Source of the DNA: Eledone cirrhosa
Lineage: Eukaryota
Length of the DNA stretch: 64,000 nucleotides
Direction: 5' to 3'
Assembly (NCBI GenBank): GCA_964016885.1
Contig: OZ024744.1
Span: 20,956,001-21,020,000 of the forward strand
The notes under the pieces: generated by a model
What the model was told of the DNA's origin: nothing
Database searches by the model: none
The model's input: the letters and a program-made list of their open reading frames with translations, nothing else
Position numbers and translations under genes: made by a program
In this document: in pieces, positions 11,181-26,200 of the stretch
Layout of the letters: every line of letters starts with the position of its first letter
Numbering within the stretch: the first letter of the stretch is position 1

Positions 11181-14100
11181 TCTTAAGAATTGACTCGTTT
11201 TAACAACAGTTAAATCTTAATAACTGACTCGTTTTAACAACAGTTGAGTCTTAAGATAAAACTCGTTTTAACAACAGTTGAATCTTAAGAACTGATTCGT
11301 TTTAACAACAGTTCAAACTTAAGAACTGATTCGTTTTAACAACAGTTGAATCTTATGAACTGACTCATTTTAACAACAGTTGAATCTTAAGATAACATTC
11401 GTTTTAACAACAGTTGAATCTTAAGAACTGACTCGTTTTAACAACAGTTGAATCTTAAGATAAAACTCGTTTTAACAACAGTTGAATCTTAAGAACTGAT
11501 TCGTTTTAACAACAGTTGAATCTTAAGATAAAACTCGTTTTAACAACAGTTGAATCTTAAGAACAGACTCGTTTTAACAACAGCTGAATCTTAAGATAAA
11601 ACTCGTTTTAACAACAGTTGAATCTTATGAACTAACTCATTTTAACAACAGTTGAATCTTAAGTTAAGACTCGTTTTAACAACAGTTGAATCTTAAGAAC
11701 TGACTCGTTTTAACAACAGTTGAATCTTAAGACAAAACCCGTTTTAACAACAGTTGAATCTTAAGAACTGTCTCGTTTTAACAACAGTTGAATCTTAAGA
11801 TAAACCTCGTTTTAACAACAGTTGAATCTTAAGACAAAACTCGTTTTAACAACAGTTGAATCTTAAGAACTGACTTGTTCTAACAACAGTTCAGCCTTAA
11901 GAACTGACTCGTTTTAAAACAGTTGAATCGTTAGAACTGACTCGTTTTAACAACAGTTGAATCTTAAAATAAAACTCGTTTTAACAATAGTTGAATCTCA
12001 AGAACTGACTCGTTTTAGCAACAGTTGAATCTTAAGATAACACTCGTTTTCATAACAGTTGAATCTTAAGAACTGTCTCGTTTTAACAACAGTTGAATTT
12101 TAAGATAAACCTCGTTTTGACAACAGTTGAATCTTAAGAACTGACTCGTTTTAACAACAGTTAAATCTTAATAACTGACTCGTTTTAACAACAGTTGAAT
12201 GTTAAGATAAAACTCGTTTTAACAATAGTTGAATCTTAAGAACTGACTCGTTTTAACAACAGTTAAATCTTAATAACTGACTCGTTTTAACAACAGTTGA
12301 ATGTTAAGATAAAACTCGTTTTAACAACAGTTGAATCTTAAGATAAAACTCGTTTTAACAACTGTTGAATCTTAAGAACTGACTCGTTTTAACAACAGCT
12401 GAATCTTAAGATAAAACTCGTTTTAACAACAGTTGAATCTTAAGAACTGACTCGTTTTAACAACAGTTGAATCTTCAAATAAAACTTGTTTTAACAACAG
12501 TTGAATCTTAAGAACTGACTCGTTTTAACAACAGTTGAATGTTAAGATAAAACTCGTTTTAACAATAGTGGAATCTTAAGAACTGACTCGTTTTAACAAC
12601 AGTTGAATCTTAAGATAAAACTCGTTTTAACAACAGTTGAATCTTAAGAACTGACTCGTTTTAACAACAGCTGAATCTTAAGATAAAACTCGTTTTAACA
12701 ACAGTTCAAACTTAAGAAATGACTCGTTTTAACAAAAGTTGAATCTTATGAACTCACTCATTTTAACAACAGTTGAATCTTAAGATAACATTCGTTTTAA
12801 CAACAGTTGAATCTTAAGAACTGATTCGTTTTAACAACAGTTGAATCTTAAGATAAAACTCGTTTTAACAACACGTGAATCTTAAGAACGGACTCGTTTT
12901 AACAACACCTGAATCTTAAGATAAAACTCGTTTTAACAACAGTTGAATCTTAAGAACTGATTCGTTTTAACAACAGTTCAAACTTAAGAACTGACTCGTT
13001 TTAACAACAGTTGAATCTTAAGATAACATTCGTTTTAACAACAGTTGAATCTTAAAGATAAAACTCGGTTCGACAACAGTTGAATCTTAAGAACTGACTC
13101 GTTTTAACAACAGCTGAATCTTAAGATAAAACTCGTTTTAACAACAGTTGAATCTTAAGAACTGACTCGTTTTAACGACAGCTGAATCTTAAGATAAAAC
13201 TCGTTTTAACAACAGTTCAAACTTAAGAAATGACTCGTTTTAACAACAGTTGAATCTTATGAACTGACTCATTTTAACAACAGTTGAATCTTAAGAACTG
13301 ATTCGTTTTAACAACAGCTGAATCTTAAGATAAAACTCGTTTTAACAACAGTTGAATCTTAAGAACTGACTCGTTTTAACAACAGCTGAATCTTAAGATA
13401 AAACTCGTTTTAACAACAGCTGAATCTTAAGATAAAACTCGTTTTAACAACAGTTGAATCTTAAGATAAAACTCGTTTTAACAACAGTTGAATCTTAAGA
13501 ACTGACTCTTTTTAACAACAGTTCAAACTTAAGAACTGACTCGTTTTAACAACAGTTGAATCTTAAGATAACATTCGTTTTAACAACAGTTGAATCTTAA
13601 GAACTGACTCGTTTTAACAACAGTTGAATCTTAAAGATAAAACTCGTTTCGACAACAGTTGAATCTTAAGAACTGACTCGTTTTAACAACAGCTGAATCT
13701 TAAGATAAAACTCGTTTTAACAACAGTTGAATCTTAAGAACTGACTCGTTTTAACGACAGCTGAATCTTAAGATAAAACTCGTTTTAACAACAGTTCAAA
13801 CTTAAGAAATGACTCGTTTTAACAACAGTTGAATCTTATGAACTGACTCATTTTAACAACAGTTGAATCTTAAGAACTGATTCGTTTTAACAACAGCTGA
13901 ATCTTAAGATAAAACTCGTTTTAACAACAGTTGAATCTTAAGAACTGACTCGTTTTAACAACAGCTGAATCTTAAGATAAAACTCGTTTTAACAACAGTT
14001 GAATATTAAGATAAAACTCGTTTTAACAACAGTTGAATCTTAAGAACTGACTCTTTTTAACAACAGTTGAATCTTAAGATAAAACTCGTTTTAACAACAG

Positions 14101-17100
14101 TTGAATCTTATGAGCTAACTCATTTTAACAACAGTTGAATCTTAAGTTAAGACTCGTTTTAACAACAGTTGAATCTTAAGAACTGACTCGTTTTAACAAC
14201 AGCTGAATCTTAAGATAAAACTCGTTTTAACAACAGTTGAATCTTAAGAACTGACTCGTTTTAACAACAGCTGAATCTTAAGATAAAACTCGTTTTAACA
14301 ACAGTTGAATCTTAAGTTAAGACTCGTTTTAACAACAGTTGAATCTTAAGAACTGACTCGTTTTAACGACAGCTGAATCTTAAGACAAAACCCGTTTTAA
14401 CAACAGTTGAATCTTAAGAACTGTCTCGTTTTAACAACAGTTGAATCTTAAGATAAACCTCGTTTTAACAACAGTTTAATCTTAAGAACTGACTCGTTTT
14501 AACAACAGTTGAATCTTAAGACAAAACTCGTTTTAACAACAGTTGAATCTTAAAATAAAACTCGTTTTAACAATAGTTGAATCTCAAGAACTGACTCGTT
14601 TTAGCAACAGTTGAATCTTAAGATAACACTCGTTTTCATAACAGTTGAATCTCAAGAACTGTCTCGTTTTAACAACAGTTGAATTTTAAGATAAACCTCG
14701 TTTTGACGACAGTTGAATCTTAAGAACTGACTCGTTTTAACAACAGTTAAATCTTAATAACTGACTCGTTTTAACAAGAGTTGAATGTTAAGATAAAACT
14801 TATTTTAACAATAGTTGAATCTTAAGAACTGACTCGTTTTAACAACAGTTGAATCTTAAGATAAAACTCGTTTTAACAACTGTTGAATCTTAAGAACTGA
14901 CTCGTTTTAACAACAGCTGAATCTTAAGATAAAACTCGTTTTAACAACAGTTGAATCTTAAGAACTGACTCGTTTTAACAACAGTTGAATCTTAAGAACT
15001 GACTCGTTTTAACAACAGTTGAATCTTAAGATAAAACTCGTTTTAACAACAGTTGAATCTTAAGAACTGACTCGTTTTAACAACAGCTGAATCTTAAGAT
15101 AAAACTCGTTTTAACAACAGTTGAATCTCAAGAACTGACTCGTTTTAACGACAGCTGAATCTTAAGATAAAACTCGTTTTAACAACAGTTCAAACTTAAG
15201 AAATGACTCGTTTTAACAACAGTTGAATCTTATGAACTGACTCATTTTAACAACAGATGAATCTTAAGAACTGATTCGTTTTAACAACAGCTGAATCTTA
15301 AGATAAAACTCGTTTTAACAACAGTTGAATCTTAAGAACTGACTCGTTTTAACAACAGCTGAATCTTAAGATAAAACTCGTTTTAACAACAGTTGAATCT
15401 TAAGAACTGACTCGTTTTAACAACAGCTGAATCTTAAGATAAATCTCGTTTTAACAACAGTTGAATCTTAAGATAAAACTCGTATTAACAACAGTTGAAT
15501 CTTAAGAACTGACTCTTTTTAACAACAGTTGAATCGTAAGATAAAACTCGTTTTAACAACAGTTGAATCTTATGAGCTAACTCATTTTAACAACAGTTGA
15601 ATCTTAAGTTAAGACTCGTTTTAACAACAGTTGAATCTTAAGAACTGACTCGTTTTAACAACAGCTGAATCTTAAGATAAAACTCGTTTTAACAACAGTT
15701 GAATCTTAAGAACTGACTCGTTTTAACAACAGCTGAATCTTAAGATAAAACTCGTTTTAACAACAGTTGAATCTTAAGTTAAGACTCGTTTTAACAACAG
15801 TTGAATCTTAAGAACTGACTCGTTTTAACGACAGCTGAATCTTAAGACAAAACCCGTTTTAACAACAGTTTAATCTTAAGAACTGACTCGTTTTAACAAC
15901 AGTTGAATCTTAAGACAAAACTCGTTTTAACAACAGTTGAATCTTAAGAACTGACTTGTTCTAACAACAGTTCAGCCTTAAGAACTGACTCGTTTTAAAA
16001 CAGTTGAATCGTTAGAACTGACTCGTTTTAACAACAGTTGAATCTTAAAATAAAACTCGTTTTAACAATAGTTGAATCTCAAGAACTGACTCGTTTTAGC
16101 AACAGTTGTATCTTAAGATAACACTCGTTTTCATAACAGTTGAATCTTAAGAACTGTCTCGTTTTAACAACAGTTGAATTTTAAGATAAACCTCGTTTTG
16201 ACAACAGTTGAATCTTAAGAACTGACTCGTTTTAAAAACAGCTGAATCTTAAGATATAACTCGTTTTAACAATAGTTGAATCTTAAGAACTGACTCGTTT
16301 TAACAACAGTTGAATCTTAAGATAAAACTCGTTTTAACAACTGTTGAATCTTAAGGACTGACTCGTTTTAACAACAGCTGAATCTTAAGATAAAACTCGT
16401 TTTAACAACAGTTGAATCTTAAGAACTGACTCGTTTTAACAACAGTTGAATCTTCAAATAAAACTCGTTTTAACAACAGTTGAATCTTCAAATAAAACTC
16501 GTTTTAACAACAGTTGAATCTTAAGAACTGACTCGTTTTAACAAAAGTTGAATCTTATGAACTCACTCATTTTAACAACAGTTGAATCTTAAGATAAAAC
16601 TCGTTTTAACAACTGTTGAATCTTAAGAACTGATTCGTTTTAACAACAGTTGAATCTTAAGATAAAACTCGTTTTAACAACAGTTGAATCTTTAGAACTG
16701 ACTCGTTTTAACAACAGTTGAATCTTCAAATAAAACTCGTTTTAACAACACTTGAATCTTAAGAACTGACTCGTTTTAACAACAGTTGAATGTTAAGATA
16801 AAACTCGTTTTAACAATAGTGGAATCTTAAGAACTGACTCGTTTTAACAACAGTTGAATCTTAAGATAAAACTCGTTTTAACAACAGCTGAATCTTAAGA
16901 TAAAACTCGTTTTAACAACAGTTCAAACTTAAGAAATGACTCGTTTTAACAAAAGTTGAATCTTATGAACTCACTCATTTTAACAACAGTTGAATCTTAA
17001 GATAACATTCGTTTTAACAACAGTTGAATCTTAAGAACTGATTCGTTTTAACAACAGTTGAATCTTAAGATAAAACTCGTTTTAACAACACTTGAATCTT

Positions 17101-17789
17101 AAGAACGGACTCGTTTTAACAACACCTGAATCTCAGATAAAACTCGTTTTAACAACAGTTGAATCTTAAGAACTGATTCGTTTTAACAACAGTTCAAACT
17201 TAAGAACTGACTCGTTTTAACAACAGTTGAATCTTATGAACTGACTCATTTTAACAACAGTTGAATCTTAAGATAACATTCGTTTTAACAACAGTTGAAT
17301 CTTAAGAACTGACTCGTTTTAACAACAGTTGAATCTTAAAGATAAAACTCGTTTCGACAACAGTTGAATCTTAAGAACTGACTCGTTTTAACAACAGCTG
17401 AATCTTAAGATAAAACTCGTTTTAACAACAGTTGAATCTTAAGAACTGACTCGTTTTAACGACAGCTGAATCTTAAGATAAAACTCGTTTTAACAACAGT
17501 TCAAACTTAAGAAATGACTCGTTTTAACAACAGTTGAATCTTATGAACTGACTCATTTTAACAACAGTTGAATCTTAAGAACTGATTCGTTTTAACAACA
17601 GCTGAATCTTAATATAAAACTCGTTTTAACAACAGTTGAATCTTAAGAACTGATTCGTTTTAACAACAGCTGAATCTTAAGATAAAACTCGTTTTAACAA
17701 CAGTTGAATCTTAAGAACTGACTCGTTTTAACAACAGCTGAATCTTAAGATAAAACTCGTTTTAACAACAGTTGAATCTTAAGATAAAA

Positions 17790-20700
17790 CTCGTTTTAAC
17801 AACAGTTCAAACTTAAGAAATGACTCGTTTTAACAAAAGTTGAATCTTATGAACTCACTCATTTTAACAACAGTTGAATCTTAAGATAACATTCGTTTTA
17901 ACAACAGTTGAATCTTAAGAACTGATTCGTTTTAACAACAGTTCAAACTTAAGAACTGATTCGTTTTAACAACAGTTGAATCTTATGAACTGACTCATTT
18001 TAACAACAGTTGAATCTTAAGATAACATTCGTTTTAACAACAGTTGAATCTTAAGAACTGACTCGTTTTAACAACAGTTGAATCTTAAGATAAAACTCGT
18101 TTTAACAACAGTTGAATCTTAAGAACTGACTCGTTTTAACGACAGCTGAATCTTAAGATAAATCTCGTTTTAACAACAGTTGAATCTTAAAGATAAAACT
18201 CGCTTTAACAACAGTTGAATCTTAAGAACTGACTCGTTTTAACAACAGTTGAATCTTAAGACAAAACCCGTTTTAACAACAGTTGAATATTAAGAACTGT
18301 CTCGTTTTAACAACAGTTGAATGTTAAGATAAAACTCGTTTTAACAATAGTTGTATCTTAAGAACTGACTCGTTTTAACAACAGTTGAATCTTCAAATAA
18401 AACTCGTTTTAACAACAGTTGAATCTTAAGAACTGACTCGTTTTAACAACAGTTGAATGTTAAGATAAAACTCGTTTTAACAATAGTGGAATCTTAAGAA
18501 CTGACTCGTTTTAACAACAGTTGAATCTTAAGATAAAACTCGTTTTAACAACAGTTGAATCTTAAGAACTGACTCGTTTTAACGACAGCTGAATCTTAAG
18601 ATAAAACTCGTTTTAACAACAGTTCAAACTTAAGAAATGACTCGTTTTAACAACAGTTGAATCTTATGAACTGACTCATGTTAACAACAGTTGAATCTTA
18701 AGAACTGATTCGTTTTAACAACAGTTGAATCTTAAGATAAAACTCGTTTTAACAACAGTTGAATCTTAAGAACTGACTCGTTTTAACAACAGCTGAATCT
18801 TAAGATAAAACTCGTTTTAACAACAGTTGATTCTTAAGAACTGACTCGTTTTAACAACAGCTGAATCTTAAGATAAACCTCGTTTTAACAACAGTTGAAT
18901 CTTAAGATAAAACTCGTTTTAACAACAGTTGAATCTTAAGAACTGACTCGTTTTAACAACAGTTGAATCTTAAGATAAAACTCGTTTTAACAACAGTTGA
19001 ATCTTATGAACTAACTCATTTTAACAACAGTTGAATCTTAAGTTAAGACTCGTTTTAACAACAGTTGAATCTTAAGAACTGACTCGTTTTAACGACAGCT
19101 GAATCTTAAGATAAAACTCGTTTTAACAACAGTTGGATCTTAAGAACTGACTCGTTTTAACAACAGTTGAATCTTACGATAAAACTCGTTTTAACAACAA
19201 TTGAATCTTATGAACTAACTCATTTTAACAACAGTTGAATCTTAAGTTAAGACTCGTTTTAACAACAGTTGAATCTTAAGAACTGACTCGTTTTAAAAAC
19301 AGTTGAATCTTAAGACAAAACCCGTTTTAACAACAGTTGAATCTTAAGAACTGTCTCGTTTTAACAACAGTTGAATCTTAAGATAAACCTCGTTTTAACA
19401 ACAGTTTAATCTTAAGAACTGACTCGTTTTAACAACAGTTGAATCTTAAGACAAAACTCGTTTTAACAACAGTTGAATCTTAAGACAAAACTCGTTTTAG
19501 CAACAGTTGAATCTTAAGAACTGACTTGTTCTAACAACAGTTCAGCCTTAAGAACTGACTCGTTTTAAAACAGTTGAATCGTTAGAACTGACTCGTTTTA
19601 ACAACAGTTGAATCTTAAAATAAAACTCGTTTTAACAATAGTTGAATCTCAAGAACTGACTCGTTTTAGCAACAGTTGAATCTTAAGATAACACTCGTTT
19701 TCATAACAGTTGAATCTTAAGAACTGTCTCGTTTTAACAACAGTTGAACTTTAAGATAAACCTCGTTTTGACAACAGTTGAATCTTAAGAACTGACTCGT
19801 TTTAACAACAGTTAAATCTTAATAACTGACTCGTTTTAACAACAGTTGAATGTTAAGATAAAACTCGTTTTAACAATAGTTGAATCTTAAGAACTGACTC
19901 GTTTTAACGACAGTTGAATCTTAAGATAAAACTCGTTTTAACAACTGTTGAATCTTAAGAACTGACTCGTTTTAACAACAGCTGAATCTTAAGATAAAAC
20001 TCGTTTTAACAACAGTTGAATCTTAAGAACTGACTCGTTTTAACAACAGTTGAATCTTCAAATAAAACTCGTTTTAACAACAGTTGAATCTTAAGAACTG
20101 ACTCGTTTTAACAACAGTTGAATGTTAAGATAAAACTCGTTTTAATAATAGTGGAATCTTAAGAACTGACTCGTTTTAATAACAGCTGAATCTTAAGATA
20201 AAACTCGTTTTAACAACAGTTGAATCTTAAGAACTGACTCGTTTTAACAACAGCTGAATCTTAAGATAAAACTCGTTTTAACAACAGTTGAATCTTAAGA
20301 TAAAACTCGTTTTAACAACAGTTCAAACTTAAGAAATGACTCGTTTTAACAAAAGTTGAATCTTATGAACTAACTCATTTTAACAACAGTTGAATCTTAA
20401 GATAACATTCGTTTTAACAACAGTTGAATCTTAAGAACTGATTCGTTTTAACAACAGTTCAAACTTAAGAACTGATTCGTTTTAACAACAGTTGAATCTT
20501 ATGAACTGACTCATTTTAACAACAGTTGAATCTTAAGATAACATTCGTTTTAACAACAGTTGAATCTTAAGAACTGACTCGTTTTAACAACAGTTGAATC
20601 TTAAGATAAAACTCGTTTTAACAACAGTTGAATCTTAAGAACTGACTCGTTTTAACGACAGCTGAATCTTAAGATAAATCTCGTTTTAACAACAGTTGAA

Positions 20701-23250
20701 TCTTAAAGATAAAACTCGCTTTAACAACAGTTGAATCTTAAGAACTGACTCGTTTTAACAACAGTTGAATCTTAAGACAAAACCCGTTTTAACAACAGTT
20801 GAATATTAAGAACTGTCTCGTTTTAACAACAGTTGAATGTTAAGATAAAACTCGTTTTAACAATAGTTGTATCTTAAGAACTGACTCGTTTTAACAACAG
20901 TTGAATCTTCAAATAAAACTCGTTTTAACAACAGTTGAATCTTAAGAACTGACTCGTTTTAACAACAGTTGAATGTTAAGATAAAACTCGTTTTAACAAT
21001 AGTGGAATCTTAAGAACTGACTCGTTTTAACAACAGTTGAATCTTAAGATAAAACTCGTTTTAACAACAGTTGAATCTTAAGAACTGACTCGTTTTAACG
21101 ACAGCTGAATCTTAAGATAAATCTCGTTTTAACAACAGTTGAATCTTAAAGATAAAACTCGCTTTAACAACAGTTGAATCTTAAGAACTGACTCGTTTTA
21201 ACAACAGTTGAATCTTAAGACAAAACCCGTTTTAACAACAGTTGAATATTAATAACTGTCTCGTTTTAACAACAGTTGAATGTTAAGATAAAACTCGTTT
21301 TAACAATAGTTGTATCTTAAGAACTGACTCGTTTTAACAACAGTTGAATCTTCAAATAAAACTCGTTTTAACAACAGTTGAATCTTAAGAACTGACTCGT
21401 TTTAACAACAGTTGAATGTTAAGATAAAACTCGTTTTAACAATAGTGGAATCTTAAGAACTGACTCGTTTTAACAACAGTTGAATCTTAAGATAAAACTC
21501 GTTTTAACAACAGTTGAATCTTAAGAACTGACTCGTTTTAACGACAGCTGAATCTTAAGATAAAACTCGTTTTAACAACAGTTCAAACTTAAGAAATGAC
21601 TCGTTTTAACAACAGTTGAATCTTATGAACTGACTCATGTTAACAACAGTTGAATCTTAAGAACTGATTCGTTTTAACAACAGTTGAATCTTAAGATAAA
21701 ACTCGTTTTAACAACAGTTGAATCTTAAGAACTGACTCGTTTTAACAACAGCTGAATCTTAAGATAAAACTCGTTTTAACAACAGTTGATTCTTAAGAAC
21801 TGACTCGTTTTAACAACAGCTGAATCTTAAGATAAAACTCGTTTTAACAACAGTTGAATCTTAAGATAAAACTCGTTTTAACAACAGTTGAATCTTAAGA
21901 ACTGACTCGTTTTAACAACAGTTGAATCTTAAGATAAAACTCGTTTTAACAACAGTTGAATCTTATGAACTAACTCATTTTAACAACAGTTGAATCTTAA
22001 GTTAAGACTCGTTTTAACAACAGTTGAATCTTAAGAACTGACTCGTTTTAACGACAGCTGAATCTTAAGATAAAACTCGTTTTAACAACAGTTGGATCTT
22101 AAGAACTGACACGTTTTAACAACAGTTGAATCTTACGATAAAACTCGTTTTAACAACAATTGAATCTTATGAACTAACTCATTTTAACAACAGTTGAATC
22201 TTAAGTTAAGACTCGTTTTAACAACAGTTGAATCTTAAGAACTGACTCGTTTTAACAACAGTTGAATCTTAAGACAAAACCCGTTTTAACAACAGTTGAA
22301 TCTTAAGAACTGTCTCGTTTTAACAACAGTTGAATCTTAAGATAAACCTCGTTTTAACAACAGTTTAATCTTAAGAACTGACTCGTTTTAACAACAGTTG
22401 AATCTTAAGACAAAACTCGTTTTAACAACAGTTGAATCTTAAGACAAAACTCGTTTTAGCAACAGTTGAATCTTAAGAACTGACTTGTTCTAACAACAGT
22501 TCAGCCTTAAGAACTGACTCGTTTTAAAACAGTTGAATCGTTAGAACTGACTCGTTTTAACAACAGTTGAATCTTAAAATAAAACTCGTTTTAACAATAG
22601 TTGAATCTCAAGAACTGACTCGTTTTAGCAACAGTTGAATCTTAAGATAACACTCGTTTTCATAACAGTTGAATCTTAAGAACTGTCTCGTTTTAACAAC
22701 AGTTGAATTTTAAGATAAACCTCGTTTTGACAACAGTTGAATCTTAAGAACTGACTCGTTTTAACAACAGTTAAATCTTAATAACTGACTCGTTTTAACA
22801 ACAGTTGAATGTTAAGATAAAACTAGTTTTAACAATAGTTGAATCTTAAGAACTGACTCGTTTTAACAACAGTTGAATCTTAAGATAAAACTCGTTTTAA
22901 CAACTGTTGAATCTTAAGAACTGACTCGTTTTAACAACAGCTGAATCTTAAGATAAAACTCGTTTTAACAACAGTTGAATCTTAAGAACTGACTCGTTTT
23001 AACAACATTGAATCTTCAAATAAAACTCGTTTTTACAACAGTTGAATCTTAAGAACTGACTCGTTTTAACAACAGTTGAATGTTAAGATAAAACTCGTTT
23101 TAATAATAGTGGAATCTTAAGAACTGACTCGTTTTAACAACAGTTGAATCTTAAGATAAAACTCGTTTTAACAACAGTTGAATCTTAAGAACTGACTTGT
23201 TTTAACAACAGCTGAATCTTAAGATAAAACTCGTTTTAACAACAGTTGAA
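17790..23250. repeat. Tandem duplication of a 74-monomer unit (2516 bp) whose second copy carries an internal 13-monomer (443-bp) tandem duplication; a related copy lies at ~24.5-27.7 kb
   Basis: The G of AAAGATAAAACTCGCTTT is at 18192, 20708 (+2516), 21151 (+443) and 25772. CTCATGTT (18680/21639), TTGATTCTT (18831/21790, also 26275) and CAACAATTG (19200/22159) are all offset by 2959 = 2516+443. Confidence 0.88.
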
Positions 23251-26200
23251 TCTTAAGAACTGACTCGTTTTAACAACAGCTGAATCTTAAGATAAAACTC
23301 GTTTTAACAACAGTTGAATCTTAAGATAAAACTCGTTTTAACAACAGTTGAATCTTAAGAACTGACTCTTTTTAACAACAGTTGAATCTTAAGATAAAAC
23401 TCGTTTTAACAACAGTTGAATCTTATGAGCTAACTCATTTTAACAACAGTTGAATCTTAAGTTAAGACTCGTTTTAACAACAGTTGAATCTTAAGAATGA
23501 CTCGTTTTAACGACAGCTGAATCTTAAGACAAACCCGTTTTAACAACAGTTTAATCTTAAGAACTGACTCGTTTTAACAACAGTTGAATCTTAAGACAAA
23601 ACTCGTTTTAACAACAGTTGAATCTTAAGAACTGACTTGTTCTAACAACAGTTCAGCCTTAAGAACTGACTCGTTTTAAAACAGTTGAATCGTTAGAACT
23701 GACTCGTTTTAACAACAGTTGAATCTTAAAATAAAACTCGTTTTAACAATAGTTGAATCTCAAGAACTGACTCGTTTTAGCAACAGTTGAATCTTAAGAT
23801 AACACTCGTTTTCATAACAGTTGAATCTCAAGAACTGTCTCGTTTTAACAACAGTTGAATTTTAAGATAAACCTCGTTTTGACAACAGTTGAATCTTAAG
23901 AACTGACTCGTTTTAACAACAGTTAAATCTTAATAACTGACTCGTTTTAACAACAGTTGAATGTTAAGATAAATCTTGTTTTAACAATAGTTGAATCTTA
24001 AGAACTGACTCGTTTTAACAACAGTTGAATCTTAAGATAAAACTCGTTTTAACAACTGTTGAATCTTAAGAACTGACTCGTTTTAACAACAGCTGAATCT
24101 TAAGATAAAACTCGTTTTAACAACAGTTGAATCTTAAGAACTGACTCGTTTTAACAACAGTTGAATCTTCAAATAAAACTCGTTTTAACAACAGTTGAAT
24201 CTTAAGAACTGACTCGTTTTAACAACAGTTGAATGTTAAGATAAAACTCGTTTTAACAATAGTGGAATCTTAAGAACTGACTCGTTTTAACAACAGTTGA
24301 ATCTTAAGATAAAACTCGTTTTAACAACAGTTGAATCTTAAGATTAAACTCGTTTTAACAACTGTTGAATCTTAAGAACTGACTCGTTTTAACAACAGCT
24401 GAATCTTAAGATAAAACTCGTTTTAATAACAGTTGAATCTTAAGAACTGACTCGTTTTAACAACAGTTGAATCTTCAAATAAAACTCGTTTTAACAACAG
24501 TTGAATCTTAAGAAATGACTCGTTTTAACAAAAGTTGAATCTTATGAACTCACTCATTTTAACAACAGTTGAATCTTAAGATAACATTCGTTTTAACAAC
24601 AGTTGAATCTTAAGAACTGATTCGTTTTAACAACAGTTGAATCTTAAGATAAAACTCGTTTTAACAACACTTGAATCTTAAGAACGGACTCGTTTTAACA
24701 ACACCTGAATCTTAAGATAAAACTCGTTTTAACAACAGTTGAATCTTAAGAACTGATTCGTTTTAACAACAGTTCAAACTTAAGAACTGACTCGTTTTAA
24801 CAACAGTTGAATCTTATGAACTGACTCATTTTAACAACAGTTGAATCTTAAGATAACATTCGTTTTAACAACAGTTGAATCTTAAGAACTGACTCGTTTT
24901 AACAACAGTTGAATCTTAAAGATAAAACTCGTTTCGACAACAGTTGAATCTTAAGAACTGACTCGTTTTAACAACAGCTGAATCTTAAGATAAAACTCGT
25001 TTTAACAACAGTTGAATCTTAAGAACTGACTCGTTTTAACAACAGCTGAATCTTAAGATAAAACTCGTTTTAACAACAGTTCAAACTTAAGAAATGACTC
25101 GTTTTAACAACAGTTGAATCTTATGAACTGACTCATTTTAACAACAGTTGAATCTTAAGAACTGATTCGTTTTAACAACAGCTGAATCTTAAGATAAAAC
25201 TCGTTTTAACAACAGTTGAATCTTAAGAACTGATTCGTTTTAACAACAGCTGAATCTTAAGATAAAACTCGTTTTAACAACAGTTGAATCTTAAGAACTG
25301 ACTCGTTTTAACAACAGCTGAATCTTAAGATAAAACTCGTTTTAACAACAGTTGAATCTTAAGATAAAACTCGTTTTAACAACAGTTCAAACTTAAGAAA
25401 TGACTCGTTTTAACAAAAGTTGAATCTTATGAACTCACTCATTTTAACAACAGTTGAATCTTAAGATAACATTCGTTTTAACAACAGTTGAATCTTAAGA
25501 ACTGATTCGTTTTAACAACAGTTCAAACTTAAGAACTGATTCGTTTTAACAACAGTTGAATCTTATGAACTGACTCATTTTAACAACAGTTGAATCTTAA
25601 GATAACATTCGTTTTAACAACAGTTGAATCTTAAGAACTGACTCGTTTTAACAACAGTTGAATCTTAAGATAAAACTCGTTTTAACAACAGTTGAATCTT
25701 AAGAACTGACTCGTTTTAACGACAGCTGAATCTTAAGATAAATCTCGTTTTAACAACAGTTGAATCTTAAAGATAAAACTCGCTTTAACAACAGTTGAAT
25801 CTTAAGAACTGACTCGTTTTAACAACAGTTGAATCTTAAGACAAAACCCGTTTTAACAACAGTTGAATATTAAGAACTGTCTCGTTTTAACAACAGTTGA
25901 ATGTTAAGATAAAACTCGTTTTAACAATGGTTGTATCTTAAGAACTGACTCGTTTTAACAACAGTTGAATCTTCAAATAAAACTCGTTTTAACAACAGTT
26001 GAATCTTAAGAACTGACTCGTTTTAACGACAGCTGAATCTTAAGATAAAACTCGTTTTAACAACAGTTCAAACTTAAGAAATGACTCGTTTTAACAACAG
26101 TTGAATCTTATGAACTGACTCATTTTAACAACAGTTGAATCTTAAGAACTGATTCGTTTTAACAACAGTTGAATCTTAAGATAAAACTCGTTTTATCAAC

